In this document: piece after piece, positions 47,701-59,969 of the stretch
How positions within the stretch are numbered: position 1 is the stretch's first letter
Layout of the letters: each line of letters begins with the position of its first letter
From: Botryllus schlosseri
Lineage: Eukaryota
Length of the DNA: 64,000 nt
Assembly (NCBI GenBank): GCA_051294905.1
Contig: CM119371.1
Coordinates: 26,786,001 to 26,850,000 of the forward strand
Direction of reading: 5' to 3'
Translations under genes and position numbers: made by a program
Notes under the pieces: model-generated
Told to the model about the DNA's origin: nothing
The model's input: only the letters and a program-made list of their open reading frames with translations
The model's database searches: none

Positions 47701-47734
47701 TCTTTTGCGATTTGGCAATTAGTATAACGTATCT

Positions 47735-48013
47735 TTGTTGTTTGTGGTATTCATGGTGTTTGTCGACTACAATGGTCATTTACGCCAGGCCAATATACCT
47801 TATTTTTGTTTCCGTATCTTCCGACTTGTTGCACGGCCCCACTACTGGGCTTTTTGTATGACAACCCTTACACGCGAATGAGATGGCGAGGAGGAGCCAA
47901 GATAAACCTCCAACACTTAAGTAGAAATTCTGGAGTCTATCTCGGTCGGACTTCAACCTACAACCCATTGGTCTTGTACTGGTGGATTAGATCACTACGC
48001 TATCTCGCCACTG
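47735..48013 (-). mobile_element. Same SINE family, inverted and tail-to-tail with the previous copy
   Basis: Its reverse complement is collinear with 47427-47700. Confidence 0.75.
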
Positions 48014-48369
48014 TTTAACGTATGTATGTTCGACCGAGCAATACCATGGCGCTTTCCAATGTGAAGCCTCGCATTTTTGAACTATAGTCTCTGAATGGGA
48101 ACAGCGTAAATGGCAATGATTTGCAAGAAATATTTAATATAATATCTTGGTTTTGTGGTAATTGTTTTGTCCCGTTAACACTATGTTGACGGAATTTCGT
48201 GTAGTTCTACTCCTAGTAATGTATTCCATGAGTAATGAGTTGGATTTTTGTTTTTGTGACTCATCGAATATTTAGGGTTTCCTGAAGGCCTGCCCGGGTC
48301 ATTAATAGAATTACTATCTTATATAGTTGGCCGATTTCGAAAATTACATTATGTTCTCGACGTTTCCAG

Positions 48370-48587
48370 GTGGTCGAGGTTTCGCACTCGGTATCGTGTA
48401 TATCCTCAATCTCATTGGAATGGTAGCCGCACTGCTAGCATGTGAATACTACTATTATAAGGAGCACGACGGCGGCGTCAGCGTGAATGGTAGGTATTTC
48501 ATTCTGATATTTGTCAACAACGCCACGATTTTTATCTGGAATATCGTCACTCCCAATGATCAACCAGCTGATGTTCACCTTTATTGA
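48370..48587 (+). CDS. Copy 1 terminal exon C with one or two hydrophobic helices
   Basis: TTCCAG acceptor, phase 1; GFALGIVYILNLIGMVAALLAC...YFILIFVNNATIFIW; TGA stop. Confidence 0.62.
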
Positions 48588-49161
48588 GTCGGGTGCATGC
48601 ATTTATGGGATTTCAGAAAATTCCGTTGCTATTATTCATCATATCAAATATTTGGTAATTGTCATTGATAAAGTTGAGCCTGAAATTGATTTAATTTTAT
48701 TCATTAGGTTTGTTGTTATGTAAAGAAAATATGTTCTGTTCGTCGTCATTGCTGTGCTAATGACGTTGAATATCCTAGGATACCACTATTCTCAATGTGG
48801 TTTTCTATTACGGTATATTTGAAGGTCGTTGAACGCTAAGCAACACACTGGCATATACTTTAGCAATGTGTTTATTTTTGTGACTTGAATGCACAATATA
48901 ACGTTAGATGTTGAAAATATGTTACGAATTACGCACTGATTCTGTGTAAGTTGCGCTTAGTCGATCTTTCTTCGTGTTAGAAACTACCGCTTTAACAGGG
49001 TGGTTTTCTAACGATGTGACTCTAGACTAGGATCTGAAGCAGTGGCCCCTAACCTTTTTGGGTGTCGGATCCGCATTCCGAACATCAGAGTATGTACGGA
49101 GCAGCATGAAAAAACTGCTAAGTAGCCTACTTATAACGAACATTTCAAAGCGTGTACAAGC

Positions 49162-49984
49162 CAGTGTTGTAACCATACCTTCGAGTCACGAGTCATCTAG
49201 ACTCATTGCACGTTTTGCCTCGAGTCAAGTCAAGTCAAGTCACGAATCAAGTCACAATTCAAGTCAAATTGAATTTTCGAAGTATAACTGATGATTCAAA
49301 GTCAATATATTTAGCTAGCTCTGTGAAAGACAGATTAATTGGACATTTATCTGGAATCAACTAACGAATACAAAACTTAAATATACATGCAAAAGGCGTT
49401 GTATCGCACACGCACACGTAGAACTGTTAATAAAATAAGTGAGTAACTACATCACTACGTGCTACAGTATGTTATTATGAGTCAAAATATAGGATCGAAT
49501 ACCAAGCCCCGAGAAGTTGAAAGAAATTAATTTGGTACAAATATCCATCTATACACCCGTGAGAATATAAACGCATAAACTATATTAGCTCGATTTAAAT
49601 CATACAAGGGGTTGATAAAGATGAGGACTGCGCAGTCTAAGAAACAGAGACACGTTGCTATTAGATTAACATAATGCTACTACGAAAACATAATCTGTGT
49701 TTGTGGTCTATTTATCTGGGATGCAACTATGGACGATGAGTGAAACGTACTATCAGTCAATGACCGGTTGCTCTCACAAGTGACACCGCGAGCGATCCGA
49801 AAATACACAAGATACAGTGATGTAAATAATAGGCATCGATAACTTGATGACTTGAAGTTGACTCGTAAATTTTGCTCCGCGTCACGAGTCATTACATATT
49901 TCTGAAGCGCCATTCCAAGTCAAGTCAATTTTGACGAGTGACCTGAGTCAAGTCAAGTCATACGAAAAAGTCATCCCAACACTA
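49162..49984. mobile_element. GACTCGAGTC-rich non-autonomous hAT copy
   Basis: CAGTGTTG...CCCAACACTA termini; TSD GTACAAGC/GTACCAGC. Confidence 0.82.
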
Positions 49985-50665
49985 GTACCAGCACATGGAC
50001 TGCTATAGATACCATATCGGTTCTTTTAGCATCGATAGATTCTGATTGGCGAATGCTATTAAATGGACCAAACTGCAATGCATATCATTACTCCAACGTA
50101 CGATAGGTAGGCTATATATGTTTATGTTGCGATATGTGACAGCTCTTCATACATACAATATGCTCAAGTTTGAGGAGAAATATTCTTCAAAATAGATGTC
50201 GGACTTTTTGTGATTTATGCTTAGCTTTTAGCCGTTATTTTCATGTTGGCAAATTAAATAGGCAATGGACATGATGCGCTCTTCACAGAAGAAACAAAAG
50301 GTCTATAACCAGTACAAATCAAGATATATTCTGTAATATGAACGGTATTCGTTCTATAGCGTCTGATGCTAATCCGAAATGATTCTCGTCCCGGCCTTGA
50401 GTAAGTTAAACATAACTAATATCTGTTATTCTAGCGGTTGGAAATGACTTGCCTGAAGAGTTGCGTGTGTTATGCTACTGCGTATTCTTCTTCGATGGAC
50501 CGAACCGCACATACGTCGGCGATCTATTTACATCATCCTTGGATTGGCGTTGTTTGTAACAGGTACGAAACGCAAATTGTATCCTCAGCGAGCCATTGTT
50601 TTTCACGAGTGGAACAATTTCTGACTACCGAATGCTTGCAAACGGCAATGTGACAGGATGTGATA

Positions 50666-51627
50666 GGGGAGATGTGGTACCGATGGATCAAAAATCGGAA
50701 AATGATCGCTGGCCCTGAAATGTTCAGCCGAAAACAGCAGATCTTTTGCTGGCTCAGCACTTTGATACAAGCTCTACCTATCGCGCACATATGCATGAAT
50801 ATCCGTCTTTTCAGAAAATATTTATGGACGTTCAAAATTTGTTGCTCGAACGTGTCATCGGTCCCCACCCGGTGGGTCCAATGACACACGACCCGGGGAC
50901 CTATGACACATATACCCTAAAAAACTCAAATGTCACTACTTTTCTTGCTCAGTATTATAATCTAAGTTACAGCAAGCCAAAGAAGAATGTTTGGTCGCAA
51001 CTGTCAAAAAATAGAATAAATATTAACTCAAATGTTGTCATAAAATCACGTTTCGATTTAGGCTCGGACTTACAAATTTGAGGGTACATACATATTGTCC
51101 GAAAATTGACAGTGTGACTTCCAAATACCTCGTTATAGCGATAAAACATCATATGCAATTATTACATAAAGATTTTCTGTACGTAGACATGTTTCATTTG
51201 TTTCATGATTAGTATGCTTGATTATTTTGCTTGATTTGGCTATTGTATCATCGGTCCCCACCCTACGAATTTTATACATGAATCGAAAAAAAGTCCACTC
51301 AAGGAAAGTACTGAAAAAAATAATAGGTGCCATGATATAGCCTGATACATGCCCTACACTTCACAATAAAAATGATTGCTGGTTTGTTCGTGTTGAAGGT
51401 TACAAAGAAAAATGTATATGTCGATCTGAATTTAGTTTACACCCCCTAAAACAAAAATCATCTGTGAGAGACCCCATTGCTCGCGCACGTCGAATTTTTT
51501 TGTATGTGAGGAAAGATTTTGCCAGCATGCAATTGTAGACAAGCTCACGGAGTGTAATCATGGAGTTATCATAGAGAATTTTCAAAGTATTTTCGGTCCC
51601 AGTGATCCATCGGTACCACATCTCCCC
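50666..51627. mobile_element. Non-autonomous TIR element with TA TSD (Tc1/mariner-pogo-like)
   Basis: 25-bp TIR GGGGAGATGTGGTACCGATGGATCA flanked by TA on both sides. Confidence 0.85.
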
Positions 51628-51661
51628 TACGTGTGATTGTTCAGATTGATATTCAATATAC

Positions 51662-52565
51662 TAGGGATGGTGTGAACGTGAGGTTCACCTTCGCCGTTCT
51701 TCTGTGTTATAGTTTTACAATTTTCACAATTTATTGCATTTCAACCGAGGGCCGCTCGATGCATGGCGCTGGCAGTATAAAAAAAATCAGCACCAAACGA
51801 GGATGCACCTTGACATTCTCAAAAATTTTACTGCTTTGTTATAAAAGTTGGCTCGAAATATCCAGCTTTCCGTTTGCCAATATTTAGCGACTCTCTGCTG
51901 TGAGATGAAACCGCAATCACACAACATCAATAGCGAAATACACTACATGTAGTCAGCGAATGAGGATCATTCAATCAATCAATGAAATTGATATCGTTGT
52001 CTCATGTAAAAAATCTAGCAGGCGTACAGGGTCAATCTTGACTTCATATTTTTATTGTATCATGAAAACCTAATCCGTGTGATTGCGGGTGTTCCTGTTG
52101 GCTACTGCTGTATAACTTGTCAATGGGGTAATATCGGTAGCAAGTATAGAAGCACGTTTTACACTCTGCTCAATATCAACGTAGCAATACACAGAAGCCG
52201 AGTACACTGTCCGGTCTGGCATAAGTTTATATTCCCTTGCGTCGACATTGTTGGGAAAGTGACAGATGATATTGATTATATGGGATTATTTTATCATTTG
52301 ATTGCCCCAGTTCATACACTGGGCGATGTTTAAAACGTCAATATGTACTTGGGCATTGTGGCATTATGTAGCCCGAGTAGTCGCTATAGGTATCGTGTAC
52401 AATGTATATTGTACATTGATATAGGCTATCCTTTCACTGAGACGTAGGGTTGGAATTAGCAATGTAACGTCACGTGACGTCATGAGGTTCACGTACGCGT
52501 TCAATCAGAACCTTTTAAAAATGTTCGCGTTCACGTAAACGTTTCAGAGGTTCACACCATCCCTA
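51662..52565. mobile_element. Non-autonomous hAT (Ac-like TAGGGATG terminus)
   Basis: TIR TAGGGATGGTGTGAAC; exact 8-bp TSD CAATATAC. Confidence 0.92.
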
Positions 52566-53477
52566 CAATATACGTGCCGATGCGACAGTCGCGCATCTCA
52601 GCGATTGCAGCAACGCAGGCCTATATGTCAACATGTTCTATGTTGATTGATGATGAGATGACACTTCTTCATCATCACAGTCTCTGAGAAGTCTCCATTG
52701 CATGCCATTTGCGATTATCCTAAGATAACGGCATGTAATTCCGCCATCAGACAGCACCCACTGAAGCAAACATTATAATAGCAATAAGTTTCCGTAGTTG
52801 TTCGTCGCCACTCTATTTTTCATTTCAGGGTCCTCGAGTCCACCAGTATAATGCTGAAAAAGACGCTCATCTGCCGCCACAATGGAGATCTCCATACGCT
52901 GGGAATATTACATTCGGATATTTTATAGTTGAATTTGTATCTGTTTTACCGTTACAGTGCGTTCTCGTCTGCTTTTCTCGACTCGGCGATCTTGTCATGA
53001 TAACGTCACAGGCAAAACATCATTCATTCTAGGTTTCGAATTAGGTTATCCGCATTTACGACCTTCGCTCATGATGAGCGTCAATCGAAAAGCTTCAAGT
53101 GGAATAAATTTTGAAAGATGTATACATATCGTTTGTTGTAGTATATAGGCTGCATCTACTACCGGCAGTGGTCAGTAAATAAGTACTTTTAATCATTCCG
53201 AGAACTCGTATTAGGTACATGTTTAGGTAGCTGTAAAAGATAATACTACATGTCAAAAAGAGCAATGCTAGTGTACGTCGAATATAAAATCGAAGGTGTC
53301 GGAAAAATCACCATAAGCTACATTTATTTATTCGGAGTACTCAGAGTAGGGTTTACTTACTTGCCACACTTACCTCAGTGATTGCCTTTCAGACCACTTC
53401 CAATTCGACTTGAACAGTTTTCAAGGCGAAACTGTTGACCTTTCATAGTTTGAATGGTGAAAAGTAGCATTGTGTCT

Positions 53478-54472
53478 CAGTGTTGGGATCAAGTCACTAC
53501 CTTCGAGTCACAATTCATCTCGAGTCATTGCACATTTTGATTCGAGTCAAGTCAAGTCAATTCATTTTTGAAGGTGACTCGAGTCAAGTCAAGTCACTCG
53601 ATGTTTTGAGGTGACTCGATTCAAGTCGAGTCAAGCCAAGTTATGTCACGAGTCAAGTCATAATTCAAGTCAGGTTGCCTTTTCGGAGTGCGAGGCATGA
53701 TTACGTCATTGCATTTTACTAGCTGTTCGAAATACAGATTGAGTGGTCATTTATTTTAAATCGAGGAACGAATATAGGGCTAAATATACTTGCACGCACA
53801 CATACGTATATCTGTTAAACTACATAAGTTTCTATTTAGCCTCAGTCTATAGTTATCAGCCAAAATAGAGAACAGAATACGAAACCTCAGAAATTAGAAA
53901 CTAATCGAAATGATGCAATGCACTAACCGTTACACATCCAAGAGATACAATTCAAGCCTATATACGACAATGGTTGAAGAGTAATATAAACTTTTACAAA
54001 CTATATATTATAATTCTATTGAAATCAAGCAATAGATTTAGTTAAGGTGATAACGGAGCAATATTAGCAGTCTATAGAACAGATATAAATATTGTGATAC
54101 CAAACCCTTTACTACTAGTTTACGACAACGTAAGCTGTAAGCGCCGATCACTTCGTTTATGGTTACTTTATTTGTGACGGAACGATGGAGGCTTAGTAAA
54201 ACGCACGCTCATTGAATGATTGGTCGCTCTCACAGGCAACACCAGTGTTTCGCGACCAATCCGAACATGTGCAAGATGCAGTGAGTTTTATCGACACCGA
54301 TTACAGTCATGACTTGAAATCGACTCGAAAAATTTTGCTCCGAGTCACGAGTCAATCGACTTTTCGGATGCACCGAATCACGTCTAGTCAAGTCATTTTT
54401 ACGAAGTGACTCGAGTCAAGTCAAGACATACAAAAAGGTCACTCGAGTCTGGCTCGAGTCATTCCAACACTG
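53478..54472. mobile_element. Complete GACTCGAGTC-rich non-autonomous hAT element
   Basis: TIR CAGTGTTGG; exact 8-bp TSD TTGTGTCT; subterminal GACTCGAGTCAAGTCAAGTCA arrays. Confidence 0.92.
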
Positions 54473-54484
54473 TTGTGTCTACTA

Positions 54485-56650
54485 GAGGAGATGTGGTACC
54501 GATGGATCACTGGGACCAAAAATACTTGAAATATTCTCCATGATAATTCCATGATTAGACTCCGTGAATTTGTCTACAATTACATGCTGACAGAATCTTT
54601 CCTCGCGCGCAAAAAAATCGACCTGCGTCAGTTATGGGGTCTGTGACGAATGATTTACGTTTTAAGGGCAGTAAAGTAAATTTGGATCGACATTTGCATT
54701 TTTCTATATCACCTTTCAGACTAACAAACCCGCCATAATTTTTGATGTGAAGTGTAGGGCTTGTATCAGGGTATATAATGGGACATATAATTTGAATCAA
54801 TACCATCCTCGAGTGGACTATTTTTAAGTCGATTACAATATTTATGGGGTGGGGGACATATGGTACCATAGCCAAATCAAGCAAAATAGATTGACCAACT
54901 AATCACTTAAAAACAGAAACTCGCCTACATATATATAGGCTGTAAATCAGAGGTCTCAAACACGCGGCCCGCGGGCCGCATGCGGCCCGCCATAGCATTT
55001 TGTGCGGCCCGCGACGACATTTTAGATTTTTATTAATTTGACAATATATGAGTGTCACATAGATCTTTTCATGTTATAAAGTGAATGTTCCCTCTTAAAT
55101 TGCCCCGAAAGCCTGAAACTATTCATCAAACATCAGTATCACATCAATTGCAAACGTTGCCGCAGTAGAAGATTCACTATTTCGCCACATTTCCAATTCA
55201 TGATGACAAAACCTGACCCTTAGACGATTCGTGACTGAAATTTGTGAGTTGGACTTGGACGTGACTTTTTTAGAATTACTCAAACTCGGCCTAACTCGAT
55301 GGCAAAATGAAAATGACTCGAGTGGACTCGGAATACCGTGAATTTGTTATAACCATGGACGCAACAAACTAGTCGGGTACAAGGGTGATACTAATAGATC
55401 AGAAGGTCGCAGCTTGGTATTTCGCTAACTAAGCAAGTAGTTTTGGCAACCATTGGCAATCTGTTAGTTACATCTTTGGTCGCTAAACCATGTTAATAGG
55501 GTCACTTAAAGGTACCGATAATACCGTAGTGGTACGCTCCAACGATGTAACAACAGTGGGCCGTTCGGTGTTCCGACATTTCAATCACTAGCACACATTC
55601 ATCAATAGATTTATATTATATTTATATTTTTTTCTGCTCCTTGAAGATATTAATAGCCTACTTATCAGAAGTATATCCGAATCCTGGATTGGAATTACAA
55701 TGCTCAACCTAAAAATGTTTTGATATCTGATCAGTCTATGTTATCAATCTGTTAAATTAAAAATATTCTTAGTAGCTGCAAAATTATAACCCGATAGCTT
55801 TTATGATGGCATCATACGTTTGTCCGTCCCTATGGTGTCTACTTATCATTAATATATATTATGTTTAATCGTTGAGTGGAGTACAACAACAATTCTATTC
55901 AAATAGTTATAGATGTGATGGTTCTTTTCGTGTCAGGCCTAAATTGATACAAGAGTAAATCACATTTTGACAATGTGTGTTTACTGTCAGTCCTGCTGGA
56001 TCGGTTCACTTTCAATAGGACAATTCATTCCCGCCAAATAATGCCTACTTGGAAAGACATAGAATACCCCTATAAATGATGCGGCCCGCGGCGTCGTCAA
56101 AACTGGAAAACTGGCCCGCAAGCATATTTGAGTTTGAGACCTCTGCTGTAAATCATAGTAACCTGTGGTGTTTTACCGCTGTTACGAGATATTTGCAAGT
56201 CAAAATGTCGATTTGCGGGTAATATGTATGTGGCATTAATTTTGTAAGTTTAGGCGTAAATCAAAACATCATTTTATGCCAACATTTTGGTTGAAATAAT
56301 CTATTTTATTCTTGAAGGTCGTGACGAAACATTATTCATTGGCTTGCTGTAGCTTAGCTTATAGTACACAACGAAACAAGGTAACAAATTTGAGTTTTTA
56401 AGCGTATGTCTCATAGGTCTCATGGTCGTGTGCCTTTGGACCCACCGGGTGGGGACCGATGACACGTTCGAGCAACAAACTTTAAACGTTTATAAATATT
56501 TTTTTGAAAAGGCGGATATTCATGCAAATATCCGCGATAGATAGAGCTTGTATCGAAGTGTTGAGACAGCAAAAGATATGCTATTCTCGGCCGAAGGTTT
56601 GGGGGCCAGAGGTCATTTTGCAATTTTTGATCCATCGGTACCACTACTTC
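54485..56650. mobile_element. Second, inverted copy of the 50666-51627 family, carrying a nested hAT
   Basis: GAGGAGATGTGGTACCGATGGATCA...GATCCATCGGTACCAC termini flanked by TA; internal homology to 50666-51627. Confidence 0.82.
54948..56145. mobile_element. hAT (Charlie-like) non-autonomous element, nested
   Basis: TIR CAGAGGTCTCAAAC; exact TSD CTGTAAAT; GCGGCCCGC subterminal motifs. Confidence 0.93.
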
Positions 56651-57936
56651 TAGCTCAATTGTTCTGCAAGTGATTCTTTATCCCGAGATCATGACTGACT
56701 GCCTTATGACGATCTACCGTAATCGGATTCGATTCAGTTTGGGGTCTTCTACTCCTGTGCGCAATGAGAATGCTCAACTTCACTACTGTTGTGCGAAGAG
56801 CTGCTTTGTGAAGTGAAGAGAAATTAGTTTGGACAAACATTTCCTAAATTGTATTTTGACATTTGCTTTGCCGCAAAAATTTCTGCAATGCATCTTTTTT
56901 CTGTGATGGTTCTCGTAATAATGCCATACTCGACAGAAACGCAAAAAGGAGAAGAAGCAACTTGCAGTACATTCTTTCAACCACTCGCCCATTTGTTCGA
57001 AGGAGTAGTTGTCAACATTGTTGGCCAGGGAAGCCTGAACGCTAATCTGCAACACACACTCAAGAGTCACAATTCCACTATTAATCGCGTCTAGTTGACT
57101 GAAACCAAATGATCGCGAAGACGAGGTTATCACAACAAATCAGATGTATTGGTTGAGAGTGCGTCTTGATCACCGGTGACCCCCTGCGACAAACTCCAGA
57201 ATTGTGGGGTGCCCTTGTCCTAGAACATATATATACCTAAGCGGCATATACATTGAACAAAACGTAAACGAAGAGGATATAATGCCGAATGACGGCCATG
57301 ACGTGGCGGATGTCGGTTTACTCTATATTGCAAAGTCGATATGTGGTATCGGCGTCAGATAGTCTCAAGCGCTCACTAGCATTTATTCAGTACAATCTGC
57401 ATGTGTTTTAACTGTGAACAATGCTAGATGACTATATGTAAGTGCTACAGCAAGACTTTTCCTTGGTCGTACGTATAATCAGCCCGTATTATCCCGCGAT
57501 GCGTTTTTATGTAATTCGTGCCGCAAATGAGTGACTGTTTTGCCTATCTATGATAATTATCCATCAGAAGAGTCTAGCCTGCACAAACGAAACCCGCGCC
57601 TCTATATTTTCGAACGTGAAGAGGTAGTGGTTGAGAGCAAAGTGCGTACGTCGAGTCTGGAATCCTTGGTGTCGGCATTCCAGTAATTATTTGCAATTAA
57701 TGACCCGCATGTTCGTTGCAGACTTATTGAGTGTATTTGCCGTTACCCGTAGCGAATGTCTGGCTTTTTAGGAAGTGTGAAACTCTCGCAGTACTAGATT
57801 ATGTATCGTTTGTTGTCAGCAAAATTTATTCAGATTTGATAGTGTTGCGGGCGTCGTCTAGGTTGTACGATGTGTAACGTTAACGAAATGCTATTAGCCT
57901 ATATTTTTCAGTGTGTATTTCAAATACGGTCTTGCG

Positions 57937-58051
57937 ATGAGTGTTTGTGTGCGGTGCAGGGTGCAGAAAGTAAGGGAAGCTCGTCGTATATATAATCGAC
58001 AATCCTTAGAGGAGATTTGGCAACCCGTGCGGCCGCCAGATCTCGACATCG
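57937..58051 (+). CDS. Unknown membrane-protein gene, copy 2, exon A (MSVCVRCRVQKVREAR...DLDI)
   Basis: Acceptor TTTTTCAG ending at 57911, ATG at 57937, G|GTAAGT donor. Confidence 0.65.
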
Positions 58052-59045
58052 GTAAGTTTGAGTTTAAACAAATATAATGATCTCGACTGCGACCTTTTGG
58101 TATGTGCAATGTGCATTTTTCAGTCTTCTATACACTGATTTCACTTGTTTGAAAGGATGTCTTGAAATTGACGGAGTATAGGCTACTCGGCAGCTTTATC
58201 ACGCGGATAATAAGTTCGATCAAAGTAAATCTCCAGAATTGAAAATGGCATTTAACACCTCATATTTGAGTGATTTTGCTTTAGCCTACTGCTACAAGCC
58301 TTGACCACTGACCAATTGACCAGACTATGTAAATATTTTGCATTTCATTTGTATTTTTACCGCACTATTACTCTGTCTGAGGGCAAAGATTCATCTTCTT
58401 TATCGGACCATATAAGGTTCAGTATCTATCACAGAAATGCAATGCGTCAATTCCATTATAGTCGGGCTGTGCGGAATTGATTACCGGGCAGATTCGATCC
58501 AGTCTAGTATTAAACTTCAATTCAATTATTCGGGTACCACTCACTATGGCGAAGCTACTCTAAGAACGACTTAACAGGTTAAATATGTCTCTTTTGCTAC
58601 CACAAGTAGTCTCATTCCAGACTAACCCATTAAATATCACTCTTTCTTCCCGAACGTGATGATTCATAGCATATAGCAGTTTCATTACAGAATTGTGGTT
58701 CCGATGGATGTTCGCAAGCTTGTGCTTAATGTGTGCATGCCGCGATACGGCGAGTCAAAGTATGAGGGCACCGATGGTGACAATATTTACTACAGTTGAT
58801 TCTACAGTTGACTTTTATTCGAGTACCCGATTCGTTGTGACCGGATCAAATAAGGTCCGTCCTATCTCGCGTATGGAACAATTGTCCAGCCATTGCCAAG
58901 CATGCTCAGTGCTCACTCTTTCAATGGTTATGTAATTATGATAATACGTGTCTTCGCGGGATAGAATGCGCGATTGATGAAACCTCTTTTCTTTTATGGT
59001 TTCGTCTACTACTGCTGGCTCGATTTCATCGGTTATACTCTATAG

Positions 59046-59126
59046 ATGGCTTTAACGACGGTGAATCGACTGAGAAGTCCTTTCGTGCAGCACGTAGGAG
59101 ACCCAGAAGATCTTGTTGTCCATCGC
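59046..59126 (+). CDS. Copy 2 exon B (81 nt, phase 1-1)
   Basis: TATAG acceptor, GTGAGT donor; GFNDGESTEKSFRAARRRPRRSCCPS. Confidence 0.65.
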
Positions 59127-59772
59127 GTGAGTAGACAGCTCTATATAAAGTTCATAATTTCGCATGAATATTAGCATGGTGGGGAATTACGAGATGCATG
59201 CGATGCGCGTCAAGACATCGATACCTACACGGAGACTCGGAGGTTAATTTTTTATTGGCTACCCAAAGTAAAAGTAGACGTAGTGCAATTGGTTTCTACT
59301 CGATTCGATTACGAGTAAAAGAAGCCATTTTCAAGACACATCAAACCTCTCAAATAGAAGTAGAAAAGGAAGTAGGGATCGAGGGCATATTTGTAGCAGT
59401 TAATCGGAGTTGACTGTGATACTTTTCAAGTTGAAAGTTGTATCCCCGCGAGTGAATGGCTACTGACACTACTGACGTGTAGAATCAGTGTAGAATCTTG
59501 GAATAAATAGTAAAAGACACGTACTATTTCACTTCGTTCTAATGAACATTTCAATAATTAAAATTCTTATACTTTTAAAAATCACAGTGAATGGTAAAAA
59601 CCTGTGCCTAAAAATATTCAAGTAGAAGTGGAATTGGACCTATAACATAATCGCATAAGCAGGGCAAGTAGGTCAGCCTCATTACGTAGTTGTTGAACAC
59701 CTCTATCTACATGACATTGTATCATATCTAGTAATGTTTCCTAAAAATACATATTTTCGTCAACGATTCCAG

Positions 59773-59969
59773 GTGGTACACTTCTGCTGCTCAGCATGCT
59801 AATCATGGATCTAATTGTAACCAGAGTGGCGTTGAATGCTTGCTACAACTGCTTCGTGGGCGGTGTCGAGAGCGTGTCCGTAAATAATCTGTACGCCCTT
59901 GTGATCTCTGTGGGCATCGTCACTATCATGATCACGGAGAAGGTTAATTGGCAATTTTCCCGCGTGTGA
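59773..59969 (+). CDS. Copy 2 terminal exon C with two hydrophobic helices
   Basis: TTCCAG|GTGGT as in copy 1; TLLLLSMLIMDLIVTRVALNAC...LYALVISVGIVTIMIT; TGA at 59967-59969. Confidence 0.65.

Noticed and set aside
56849..57094. Signal-peptide-like ORF (MHLFSVMVLVIMP...) as the first exon of copy 2
   Set aside because: No convincing donor before the stop and no counterpart found in copy 1; unsupported without transcripts.
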